A stretch of 64,000 nucleotides of DNA from an uncultured Ectothiorhodospiraceae bacterium. Lineage in GTDB: Bacteria > Bacteroidota > Ignavibacteria > SZUA-365 > GCA-2699105. The notes under the pieces are model-generated. The model was not told the origin of the DNA, did not search any database, and was given only the letters and a program-made list of their open reading frames with translations. Below, one piece after another: positions 31,193-41,494 of this stretch (position 1 is the stretch's first letter; each line of letters starts with the position of its first letter). The translations under genes and the position numbers were made by a program. The stretch spans positions 2,148 through 66,147 of the forward strand of contig CAYPBB010000017.1 of NCBI GenBank assembly GCA_964408855.1. Direction: 5' to 3'.

Positions 31193-32317
31193 ATGGCAGT
31201 AACCGTTCGCGAGATCCGGACTCCGGCTGAGAAGATGGAGTTCATCAAGCTTCAGTGGAAATTTTACCGGAACGATCCGTACTTCGTCCCTCCTCTTCTG
31301 ATGGACCGGAAGAAACTTCTGAATACGGAGAAAAATCCTTTCTACAAACACGCCGAAATCGCCCTGTTCATTGCCGATAAAAACGGCGAAGCGCAGGGAC
31401 GGATTGCCGCCATCACCAACGAGAACCACAACAAGGCGCATGACGACAATATCGGTTTCTTCGGCTTTTTTGAATGCGCCAACGATCAGGAAGTCGCGAA
31501 TGCGTTGTTCGACGCTGCGGCGGCTTGGCTGAAATCGAAAGGCAAAACCGCCATGCGCGGACCGCTGAATCCCTCCATCAACGACGAACTGGGCATGCTG
31601 CTTGAAGGCTTCGACGATCCGCCCCGGATCATCATGACCTACAATCCGAAATACTACCTCGATCTTTGCGATGGATACGGCTTGCCGAAAGCGATGGACC
31701 TGTATGCGTACAAACTGGAAACGGAAAAGGTCCTGAACGAAAAGCTCAAACGCGGTCAGGCGCTTGTCCGGCAGCGCTTCAACGTCACGTTGCGCGATGT
31801 CGATTTGAAGAACCTGAAATCGGAAATCAACATCATCCGTAAGCTGTACAATGAATCGTGGGAAAAGAACTGGGGCGCGGTAGCAGCCACCGACGAGGAA
31901 TTCGAAGCGCTGGCGAACGATTTGAAACAAGTGCTGGGCAGCAAGTTCCAGGACTTCGCCATCATCGCTGAAATGAACGGCGAACCGGTCGGATTCGTGC
32001 TGGTGCTGCCGGATATCAACCAGATACTCATATCCAACAAGAAGGGGCGGCTCATCCCCGCCGTCTGGAAACTGATGACGCAAACCAGCAAAATCAAATG
32101 GGCGCGTATCATCACGCTCGGCATACTTCCGCAATACCGGGGAAAAGGGCTGGATGCGGTTCTATACTACGAAGTCGTCACCCGCGCCGCCGCGAAAGGC
32201 ATCTACTTCGGCGAAGCATCGTGGATCCTTGAAGACAACATGATGATGAACCGTGGGGCTGCCCTGATGAACGGTACAGTGTACAAGAAATACCGGATCT
32301 ACGAAAAAGCGTTATAA
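31193..32317 (+). CDS. GNAT-like N-acyltransferase (374 aa, duplicated acyl-CoA N-acyltransferase-like fold); candidate bacterial ceramide synthase-type enzyme
   Basis: Sits 15 nt after the AOS gene. GNAT-like segment 'ILPQYRGKGLDAVLYYEVVTRA'. Length and fold resemble FemAB/GNAT-type N-acyltransferases. Assignment by analogy only. Confidence 0.45.
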   Translation: MAVTVREIRTPAEKMEFIKLQWKFYRNDPYFVPPLLMDRKKLLNTEKNPFYKHAEIALFIADKNGEAQGRIAAITNENHNKAHDDNIGFFGFFECANDQEVANALFDAAAAWLKSKGKTAMRGPLNPSINDELGMLLEGFDDPPRIIMTYNPKYYLDLCDGYGLPKAMDLYAYKLETEKVLNEKLKRGQALVRQRFNVTLRDVDLKNLKSEINIIRKLYNESWEKNWGAVAATDEEFEALANDLKQVLGSKFQDFAIIAEMNGEPVGFVLVLPDINQILISNKKGRLIPAVWKLMTQTSKIKWARIITLGILPQYRGKGLDAVLYYEVVTRAAAKGIYFGEASWILEDNMMMNRGAALMNGTVYKKYRIYEKAL

Positions 32318-32479
32318 CAGAACCTCCGATTTGGAGCACATGTATAGAGGGCGCAGACCGTTAGACGCGGACTGCGCCCTTTCTTATATTGCCGGTCCGG
32401 CAATTGCTGCGGAAACAAATACCAGCGCCCGTCATGTTATGCTATTGACTCATTTGCTATCCATTATCAGACGATACGC

Positions 32480-32830
32480 ATGAACGCACCGCTTTCACCT
32501 GAATTCCAACAGTATTTCGATACAGCCGATGACGACCGCAAAGCCCGGTTGTTCGTCCTTCACAATCTCATCGTGTCGCTATACTCGAATGCAGAAATGG
32601 TGATATCGTACGGTATCCCCATGTACAAGCTCCCAACCGGCAGGATTGGCATCGGGTACTGGAAAGGCGGCGTCTCGCTGTACACCACCGAAAACAATTT
32701 CGTGGATTTCCGCGAGAAGCATCCGCATCTGAAAACCAGTAAAGGGACCATCAACTTCAAAACCGCCGATGCCATCCCGGAAGCCGATCTGAAAGAGGTC
32801 ATCAAACGGGCGATGGAAGCGAAAGCGTGA
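32480..32830 (+). CDS. DUF1801 (YdhG-like) domain protein
   Basis: 116 aa. 'YGIPMYKLPTGRIGIGYWKGGVSLY' typical of DUF1801. Confidence 0.5.
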   Translation: MNAPLSPEFQQYFDTADDDRKARLFVLHNLIVSLYSNAEMVISYGIPMYKLPTGRIGIGYWKGGVSLYTTENNFVDFREKHPHLKTSKGTINFKTADAIPEADLKEVIKRAMEAKA

Positions 32831-32958
32831 GAATCGGGCGGACATAGGTCCGTCAGCGACCGGATGAAAACAGTTTCTCAAGCCGGTGTCTTCGCCCGGC
32901 AACCAACGGGGTCAACCCATACGGGAAGGCTATTGTGGCAAGCTCGTAACGCGATCTT

Positions 32959-33319
32959 GCTCCCCTCTTGGAACGAATCGCCACAGGCGATGAGTGGCAA
33001 GGTCGCAGATCCGGCTACCGACGGAGGGGGGACCGAGGGGGAATTCTTCTCCTCCCGGGCGCTGCGCGCCCGTTAAATGAAATTTGTGTGTCCGATCGCG
33101 TTCCGTGGGTTTACCCTTCGGTTCTCAGCCTCCGGCTGATCACTCAGGGCCGGCACCCACGGCTATTGACAGGCCCCTTCATCCGGCTACTGCCGGACTC
33201 AGGACAGGCCCTCCAGGGCTAAAGAATCCGGCTGCCGAACGCTAGCGCTACTCCAGCTTCCCCTCTTGGAGTGACGAGTCCGCGAGGAACGGCAAGGGGG
33301 AACCGAGGGGGAATTCTTC
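32959..33319. repeat. Two direct-repeat copies (about 60-90 nt, 270 bp apart) sharing the core GGGGRACCGAGGGGGAATTCTTC, within an 800-bp ORF-free region
   Basis: Copy A 32959-33047, copy B 33258-33319. Shared blocks: 'cccctcttgga', 'ggcaag', and the 23-nt G-rich core. Confidence 0.6.
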
Positions 33320-33582
33320 CACAGGCGGTCGGAGACCGCCTGCCGCCAGAGGTGGCAGGGATGCTGAATCAAGCCTCTTCGCATGGCGAAAGACGAGCCT
33401 TTGCCGAACAAGGGTCCCTGTTGAACTACCGATTGTCTTCAATCGACGCGATATCCAGCAAGAAGCGGTTATTGGAATAACCGCAACCCGACCGCCTCCG
33501 GCGATTCGGGTAGAGACCCCGGATTTAATCCGGGGTGAGGAATACGTATACGTCAACGGCGGCGCTATAGTAGAACATCCTC

Positions 33583-33603
33583 ACACTTCTCACTTCTCAC
33601 TTC
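33583..33603. repeat. Heptamer tandem repeat CACTTCT x3
   Basis: cacttct cacttct cacttct, directly upstream of kdsB. Confidence 0.7.
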
Positions 33604-33638
33604 TGCGCAAGCAACCGTTTTCTCCGTATTTTAGGGGT

Positions 33639-34415
33639 ATGGAAACAAACACCGATACAACCCGCATATTGATCGTCATACCGGCGCGGTATGGCGCATC
33701 CCGGTTCCCGGGAAAACCGCTGGCGGATATCGCCGGTAAACCGATGATTCAATGGGTCTGGGAAGGCTGTATGCGCAGCGCCCTCGCCACGGATGTCGTC
33801 GTCGCGACCGATGACGAGCGGATTTCCTCCGTCGTGGAATCCTTCGGCGGAACGGCGTATATGACCGATCCCGATCTGCCGTCCGGCACCGAACGAATGG
33901 CTGCTGTGGCGGCAGGCATCGAAGCCGACATCTACGTCAATGTTCAGGGCGACGAACCGCTCATCGCATCCGACACCATCGACGCGTCCGTACGTCCCCT
34001 GCTCGACGATCCCTCCATTGATATCGGAACCGCCGCGCTGCCTCTGACGTCGGCGGAGGAAATCGCAAATCCCAATATCGTCAAAGCCGTGTGCGACAGC
34101 TACGGACGCGCGCTGTACTTTTCGCGCTCGCCTATACCGTACCTCCGCGACGGCATTCCCGAATCGGGCATTCCGGACGGTCTGTTTCGCAAGCACGTCG
34201 GCATCTACGCTTTCCGCAAAGCGGCGCTGGAGACCTTTGCGCGCCTCGCACCCAGTCCGCTGGAGCAAGCCGAAAAACTCGAACAGCTCCGCGCCCTGCA
34301 GCACGGCATGTCCATCCACGTCGCAACGGTCCACAGCGACACCGTCGCCGTGGATGTGCCGGGCGATATCGCGCGCGTCCTGGAGTATATGGAACGGCAT
34401 CCCGTCCGCCGCTGA
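33639..34415 (+). CDS. kdsB: 3-deoxy-manno-octulosonate cytidylyltransferase (CMP-KDO synthetase)
   Basis: 'ILIVIPARYGASRFPGKPLADIAGKPMIQWV', 'VNVQGDEPLI'. Confidence 0.9.
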   Translation: METNTDTTRILIVIPARYGASRFPGKPLADIAGKPMIQWVWEGCMRSALATDVVVATDDERISSVVESFGGTAYMTDPDLPSGTERMAAVAAGIEADIYVNVQGDEPLIASDTIDASVRPLLDDPSIDIGTAALPLTSAEEIANPNIVKAVCDSYGRALYFSRSPIPYLRDGIPESGIPDGLFRKHVGIYAFRKAALETFARLAPSPLEQAEKLEQLRALQHGMSIHVATVHSDTVAVDVPGDIARVLEYMERHPVRR

Positions 34416-34544
34416 CGGGCATCCATCCGGCGACCGTCCGGCTCTAACGCGCAACCATCCGGCTATTTTGCGTGTTTATGTAACCAAACGACCCTCATCC
34501 GCCGTCAGTATAGTACCGCCAACGGTACGGCAAGAACAACTTCT

Positions 34545-35852
34545 ATGCGAATAAAGCAATCAGATACAATATCCATCGTCACCCTCGGGTGTTCGAAAAA
34601 CACCGTTGATTCGGAAGTGCTGCTGCGTCAGCTCGAAGCGAATAATTTCCGTCTGTCCGACGACCCTAATGCCGCCGATATTCTCATTATCAATACCTGC
34701 GGCTTCATCGACCGGGCAAAGGAGGAATCGGTGAATACCATTCTGGAAGCGACGGAATTGAAACGCGCCGGAAAAATCAGAAAACTCTACGTCGCCGGCT
34801 GCCTCTCCGAACGGTACGCCTCCGACCTGCAAAACGATATCCCGGAGGTGGACCGCTATTTCGGCGTGACCGACTTCAAGAGCATTCTTCAGGAAGTCGG
34901 CGGCGACTACAAGCGCGAGCTGCTCGGCGAACGCCATCTTACCACCCCGGCACATACGGCATATCTGAAAATATCCGAGGGCTGCGACAATCCGTGTTCC
35001 TTCTGCGCCATCCCTATCATGCGCGGAAAGCATGTCTCGAAAACGATGGAGGAGATCGTTCACGAGGCGAAATTCCTGGCGCTGCAGGGAGTGAAGGAAC
35101 TCGTCGTCATCGGACAGGACACGACGTATTACGGAAAGGACCGGTACGAGAAACGTGCGCTGGCTGAATTACTGGATCGCCTCGGCGATATCGACGGCAT
35201 CCGGTGGATACGGCTGATGTACGCCTACCCAACACAATTCCCGCTCGATGTTCTCGATGTAATAAAGCGGCGCAGCAATATCTGTTCGTATCTCGATATC
35301 CCGATTCAGCATATCAGCGATCCCGTCCTTAAATCGATGCGGCGGGGTATCACGAAGCGCGCGACGGTCGAGCTTATCGATTCGATCCGGAATGCGATAC
35401 CCGGCATTACCCTGCGGACCACTATCATTACCGGCTATCCGAACGAAACCGACGAAGCTTTCGAGGAGCTGTACCGCTTTGTCGAGGAGACGCGGTTCGA
35501 CAGGCTCGGCGTGTTCACGTATTCGGACGAAGACAACACCGTCGCGGCGATGCTCGGCGATCCTGTGCCCGAAGAACTGAAGGAATCGCGGCGCTCGGAT
35601 ATCATGGACCTGCAGACGTCGATTTCGCAGGAGCAGAACGAGGCGAAAATCGGCTCCACGCTCGATGTGCTGATCGAGCGATTTGAAGGAGAATACGCGG
35701 TCGGCAGAACGGAAGCCGACGCGCCCGAAGTGGACAACGAAGTCCTGGTTCCGCTTTCGGCATTTGAATCCGAACCGTTGACAGGCAATTTTTATTCCGT
35801 TACAATTACGGAAGCAACTGAATTCGATATCATCGGAACGCCGGGAGGATGA
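34545..35852 (+). CDS. rimO: Ribosomal protein S12 methylthiotransferase RimO
   Basis: MTTase N-domain 'IVTLGCSKNTVDSE'. Radical-SAM 'CDNPCSFCAIP'. C-terminal TRAM domain. Confidence 0.85.
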   Translation: MRIKQSDTISIVTLGCSKNTVDSEVLLRQLEANNFRLSDDPNAADILIINTCGFIDRAKEESVNTILEATELKRAGKIRKLYVAGCLSERYASDLQNDIPEVDRYFGVTDFKSILQEVGGDYKRELLGERHLTTPAHTAYLKISEGCDNPCSFCAIPIMRGKHVSKTMEEIVHEAKFLALQGVKELVVIGQDTTYYGKDRYEKRALAELLDRLGDIDGIRWIRLMYAYPTQFPLDVLDVIKRRSNICSYLDIPIQHISDPVLKSMRRGITKRATVELIDSIRNAIPGITLRTTIITGYPNETDEAFEELYRFVEETRFDRLGVFTYSDEDNTVAAMLGDPVPEELKESRRSDIMDLQTSISQEQNEAKIGSTLDVLIERFEGEYAVGRTEADAPEVDNEVLVPLSAFESEPLTGNFYSVTITEATEFDIIGTPGG

Positions 35853-37165
35853 ATCCCATGAAAGCCGCAGCCACTTTCTCGTCGCTTGTTCTCTTCCTGT
35901 GCCTGGCAGCAGGCGCAGGGGGACAAAATGTCAGCGGGACCGGACAGGTGGACCGCGCCCAACCGTTTTTTTTCGATGCGATGAATTTCGCTGCGCCCGC
36001 CGCTTCGGGGTTGCAAGGGAGGCTGGATGTCTATGTCCACGTGCCGTATAACATTGTGCAGTTCGTAAAGAAGGACAACAGCTACACCGGCGGATTCTCC
36101 ATCACCGCCGTGCTGACCGATATCAAAGGTGATTTGATAAAGGAAATTACTTGGGACAGAAAAATTGAACTGCTTGATTTCGAACGCACAATCAATCCGA
36201 ATGTGTACGATCTCTCAAGCCGTCCGCTTGCGGTTGAACCAGGCGAAGCGATGCTCGAAGTTGTGTTCGAGGACAAGGAAAGCGCAAGGAAATACCGCGG
36301 AACGAAACGGATCGTTATTAAGCGGTACTCCGCCGACAGCCTCGGCATCAGCGATATCATGCTCGTCGCGAAAGTAGAAGAAACAGGAGGCAAGCGTCAG
36401 ATCATCCCGCAGATCGATCCCAATATGTCGATCGACAATCAGGGATTCTACATTTACCATGACGTCTACTCTCCAGTCGATAGCCGGCAGGTGCGCATGC
36501 AGTACCGGATCAAGCGGCAGAGCAAGGTCGTATCGGAACAATCGAAGCTATATTCCCTGAAACGGGGACAGAATCCCTTCGTGACAAACATCGGCAACCA
36601 GCAGTTCCATGTCGGCGGATATACCATCGAAGCAGTAGTCGCCAATCCGGACGATACGACGGCCGGAACAGCGCTGGCGAGAACGGAAAAACCATTCGTG
36701 CTCGAATGGGTCACGACAGGCGGGGCGACGGTAAAAATCCAGAACCTCGACGATGCGGTTGCGCAGCTCACCTATTTCGCAAAATCCGACGAGATCCGCG
36801 AGATAAACGACGCCCCCGACGAAACCGAGAAGCGAAAACGTTTCGAGGATTTCTGGGAGCGGCACAATCCGACGCCCGGATCTCCCGTCAACACTGCTAT
36901 GATCGAGTATTATAACCGCGTCGCTTACGCAAACGATCACTTCAATCATTTCCAGGCGGGATGGAAATCGGACCGGGGCATGGTGTTCATCCTTTACGGT
37001 CCACCGACCAACATCGAAAGCCACCCGATGGAATCGGAGACGCGTCCGTACGAGGTGTGGGAATATTACGATATCGCAAAGCGCTTTTACTTCGTCGATA
37101 ATACCGGCTTCGGCGACTACCGCCTTCTCTACCCGCTTTGGGATGACCGGAACAGAATGAGGTGA
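35849..37165 (+). CDS. GWxTD domain-containing secreted protein
   Basis: Signal peptide. C-terminal 'GWKSDRGMVFILYGPP...YEVWEYY' matches the GWxTD motif (FCB group, Gemmatimonadetes). Overlaps the rimO stop by 4 nt. Confidence 0.7.
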   Translation: MNPMKAAATFSSLVLFLCLAAGAGGQNVSGTGQVDRAQPFFFDAMNFAAPAASGLQGRLDVYVHVPYNIVQFVKKDNSYTGGFSITAVLTDIKGDLIKEITWDRKIELLDFERTINPNVYDLSSRPLAVEPGEAMLEVVFEDKESARKYRGTKRIVIKRYSADSLGISDIMLVAKVEETGGKRQIIPQIDPNMSIDNQGFYIYHDVYSPVDSRQVRMQYRIKRQSKVVSEQSKLYSLKRGQNPFVTNIGNQQFHVGGYTIEAVVANPDDTTAGTALARTEKPFVLEWVTTGGATVKIQNLDDAVAQLTYFAKSDEIREINDAPDETEKRKRFEDFWERHNPTPGSPVNTAMIEYYNRVAYANDHFNHFQAGWKSDRGMVFILYGPPTNIESHPMESETRPYEVWEYYDIAKRFYFVDNTGFGDYRLLYPLWDDRNRMR

Positions 37166-37180
37166 GATACGAAGTTTGAA

Positions 37181-37201
37181 GTTTGAAGTTTGAAATTCAA
37201 G
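37181..37201. repeat. Heptamer tandem repeat GAAGTTT x3
   Basis: gaagttt gaagttt gaagttt, 16 nt after the GWxTD stop. Confidence 0.7.
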
Positions 37202-37447
37202 AAATTCTATGGCAACATCTTCAGCCCCGAAGGGACTGAATGCCGGAATGTGCGATTGTATTCCCACGGTATACGATGATTTAGAGTACCATCTGAGACG
37301 GAGTTGTACTTAGGAAATAAACGCTCCGCCGAAGACATGACACAGCTTCGTCATTTTCATAACACAGGTTAAGACGGCGGCTGAGATTCGGGGTCAAGTG
37401 TCTTCAGCCGGCCTTGACGGACCCGTAATGAGGGATGTCTGCGTTCG

Positions 37448-37525
37448 CACCCTTCACCCTTCACCCTTCACCCTTCACCCTTCACCCTTCACACTTCACC
37501 CTTCACACTTCACCCTTCACCCTTC
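37448..37525. repeat. Heptamer tandem repeat (C/A)CTTCAC, about 11 units
   Basis: ccttcac x5, acttcac, ccttcac, acttcac, ccttcac x2. Produces the spurious 'PFTLHPS' repeat ORF 37398-37661. Confidence 0.85.
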
Positions 37526-37558
37526 AAAAAAAGGGCCATCCTCTCGGACAGCCCTTTT
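37526..37558. terminator. Bidirectional rho-independent terminator (atpG on minus strand, GWxTD gene on plus strand)
   Basis: aaaaaaa-gggc-catcctctcggaca-gccc-tttt. Confidence 0.55.
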
Positions 37559-37579
37559 AACATTCACATTCTGTTTCGA

Positions 37580-38482
37580 TCAGCCCTTGGCAAGCGCCTC
37601 GGCTCCGCCCACGATTTCGAGAATTTCCTTGGTGATGCTCGCCTGGCGCGCGCGGTTATAGGAGAGCTGCAGGCTTGAGATCAGGTCTTTCGCGTTCGAC
37701 GTCGCGGAGTCCATCGCCGTCATGCGCGCGCCCTGCTCCGCTGCGTTTGATTCGAGTATCGAGCGCCATATCTGGAAATTGAGATGCTTGGGAAGAAGCG
37801 ATTCAAGGAGTTCCATTTCCGACGGCTCGTAGATATAATCCACGAGATGCGCGAACTTCGACTGATCTGCTTTCACGTCGTCGTCGACATCCTCCGGAAT
37901 CGGGAACATCTGTTCGACAACGATATTCTGACGGATGACCGATTTGAACTCGTTGTAGATCACCTCGACGCGGTCGTACACTCCGTTGAGATATCCCTCG
38001 CTTATACGGTGCACAATGTCGATGATAGCCGTGTATTTCGGATCGTTCAGGAGGCCGATATGCGAATCAACGACCTGATATCCGCGCTTGGTGAAATGCT
38101 GCACCCCGCGTTTGCCGATGCATAGAAGATGTACTCCGCCCTTTTCGTGCAGCTCTTTGTACTCTTCATGAATGCGGCGTGTGGCCGTCTTGATGATATT
38201 GCTATTGAACGCGCCGCACAAGCCGCGGTCGGCGGTGATGAGCACGATGAGCACATTGTTCGTTTCCTCGCGGTCCTGCAGAAGCGGAATGAGCGAGCGG
38301 TCGCTGCGCGTCATAAGATGCAGGATCAAGCCTTTGAGCGCCTGAGCATACGGGCGCGCCGCGATAATAGCGTCCTGCGCCCGGCGAAGACGGGCTGCGG
38401 CAACCATTTTCATCGCCTGCGTGATCTTCGCCGTACTCTTGACGCCCTTGATGCGGGCGCGTATTTCGCGAAGGTTCGCCAT
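37580..38482 (-). CDS. atpG: F1 ATP synthase gamma subunit
   Basis: 'MANLREIRARIKGVKSTAKITQAMKMVAAARL' canonical gamma N-terminus. Confidence 0.95.
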   Translation of the reverse strand: MANLREIRARIKGVKSTAKITQAMKMVAAARLRRAQDAIIAARPYAQALKGLILHLMTRSDRSLIPLLQDREETNNVLIVLITADRGLCGAFNSNIIKTATRRIHEEYKELHEKGGVHLLCIGKRGVQHFTKRGYQVVDSHIGLLNDPKYTAIIDIVHRISEGYLNGVYDRVEVIYNEFKSVIRQNIVVEQMFPIPEDVDDDVKADQSKFAHLVDYIYEPSEMELLESLLPKHLNFQIWRSILESNAAEQGARMTAMDSATSNAKDLISSLQLSYNRARQASITKEILEIVGGAEALAKG

Positions 38483-38485
38483 AGT

Positions 38486-40042
<1,557 letters not shown>

Positions 40043-40142
40043 GAGCTATCTGCCTTGATTAATTCCTTGATTCCTGATGATACTGTTTCTTCCTGGTTCG
40101 TAATGCAAAGCGCGCAAATTGCCGAATCCGGCACGCGCCGGA

Positions 40143-40679
40143 TTATGCCGGCATAAGCCGCCTGCGAAGCCTGAACAACTGCCGCTGGATACTGCCGTCG
40201 TACACGGTATCGTCCATACGGACAACCATGCCGCCGAGAAGATCTTCGTCGACAGCGTAGCGGACATCGACGTTTTTATTCGCGAATTGCCGTAAGCCGG
40301 AGGCGACCTCGTTTCTGAGCACGTCGTCCATCGGCACTGCGGTTGTAACGAGAACCGGCTGTATGCCGAGCCGTCTCCGCCGGATGATTTGCAGCGATTC
40401 GAGGACTTCGGAAATTAGGGATTCCCGTTCTTTCCGGACAAGCAACAACATGACTCTGTTCATCCATTCGCCGAAACGGCCTTCAGCCAACGCGTTCACA
40501 ACCTCCAGTTTTTTCGAGCGTTCGATGACCGGCGATGCGAAGAAGTTCCGCAACTCGCGCGATTGCGCAAGCGATGCCTGCAGATCGCGCACGTCGAGGA
40601 AAAACTGTTCCAGCTCCGCTTCGGGAATCGAAGTAAAGATCGCTTCGGCGTACCGGTGTGCTACTCTGGTAATGACCAT
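40143..40679 (-). CDS. atpH: F1 ATP synthase delta (OSCP) subunit
   Basis: 'RYAEAIF...' OSCP-like N-terminus, 178 aa, operon position. Confidence 0.8.
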   Translation of the reverse strand: MVITRVAHRYAEAIFTSIPEAELEQFFLDVRDLQASLAQSRELRNFFASPVIERSKKLEVVNALAEGRFGEWMNRVMLLLVRKERESLISEVLESLQIIRRRRLGIQPVLVTTAVPMDDVLRNEVASGLRQFANKNVDVRYAVDEDLLGGMVVRMDDTVYDGSIQRQLFRLRRRLMPA

Positions 40680-40691
40680 GAACGGCGTCCG

Positions 40692-41186
40692 TTAGTTTTT
40701 CGGAAGTTCGGAAATGAATGTGTTCACGAGTTGACGGTGCTTCTCGCTGTCGAGCGATTCCTTCATAATCATCGACGCCGCCTGAATCGCCAGGTCGGCA
40801 ACCTCGCCGCGAAGCTGCGAAATCGCCGTATCCTTTTCGCGCTGGATTTCAGCTTTCGCCTGTGCGATCATCTGGCGCGACTGTTCGTTCGCTTTTTCAA
40901 CAATATCGCTTTTCAACATTTCGGCGGTTTTACGTGCATCTTCGATTGTCAGCCGTGCCTGGGCTTCCGCATTGTCCTGCATTTTCTGATAATCCGCCAG
41001 AAGCCGCTCGGCATCGAGCCGCGCGTGTTCGGCGCGTTCGATATCGGTTTTGATGGCGTGCTCTCTCGATTCGAGCGACGTCAGCAACGGTTTCCAGGCA
41101 AACTTTTTCAACACCCATAAAAGGATCGCAAAGACGATAAACGTCCAAATGATCATTCCGGGTTCAATGGTCAATAGCGTTTCCAT
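40692..41186 (-). CDS. atpF: F0 ATP synthase subunit b
   Basis: Single N-terminal TM, then a long charged helix (EAQARLTIEDARKTAE...). Operon position. Confidence 0.8.
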   Translation of the reverse strand: METLLTIEPGMIIWTFIVFAILLWVLKKFAWKPLLTSLESREHAIKTDIERAEHARLDAERLLADYQKMQDNAEAQARLTIEDARKTAEMLKSDIVEKANEQSRQMIAQAKAEIQREKDTAISQLRGEVADLAIQAASMIMKESLDSEKHRQLVNTFISELPKN

Positions 41187-41231
41187 GCGGACTCCTGGCT
41201 ATACAATACAATCGTGACCGGCAACCGGTGT

Positions 41232-41450
41232 TTATTTCAGAGCGAGCAGCAAGCAGACGACGACGGCAAACAGGGCGACGCCTTCGATAAATGCAGCGGT
41301 GATGATCATTGCGCCGCGGAGATCGCCCGCCGCTTCCGGCTGACGTCCGATGGCTTCCATTGCCGCCGATGCGAGTTTACCGATACCCAACCCTGCGCCC
41401 AATACTGCAAGCGCTGCGCCAAGACCTGCGGCTAACCATGCAAATTCCAT
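41232..41450 (-). CDS. atpE: F0 ATP synthase subunit c
   Basis: 72 aa 'MEFAWLAAGLGAALAVLGAGLGIGKLASAAMEAIGRQPEA...FIEGVALFAVVV'. SD GGAGG upstream. Only the 3' end of the 335-aa track ORF is real. Confidence 0.9.
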   Translation of the reverse strand: MEFAWLAAGLGAALAVLGAGLGIGKLASAAMEAIGRQPEAAGDLRGAMIITAAFIEGVALFAVVVCLLLALK

Positions 41451-41494
41451 TTGAGATTCCTCCGTTGAAAGTATGAATGTGAATATGATACTGA

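Noticed and set aside
31175-32134. 319-aa ORF on the minus strand
   Set aside because: Fully antisense to the GNAT-like N-acyltransferase gene, which is in an operon with the SPT-like gene. No motifs.
33290-33380. Cobalamin-riboswitch-like blocks (GGGAACC, B12-box-like GGTCGGAGACCGCCTGCC, GCCAGAGGTGGCAGGGA)
   Set aside because: The blocks are in the wrong order relative to the consensus. The downstream gene is kdsB, not a B12-related transporter or enzyme, and a second partial copy upstream lacks the B12 box. Kept only as a note inside the ncRNA/repeat finding.
37398-37661. 87-aa ORF encoding a 'HPSPFTL' repeat
   Set aside because: Direct translation of the heptamer DNA tandem repeat. It sits between two convergent gene ends inside the terminator region.
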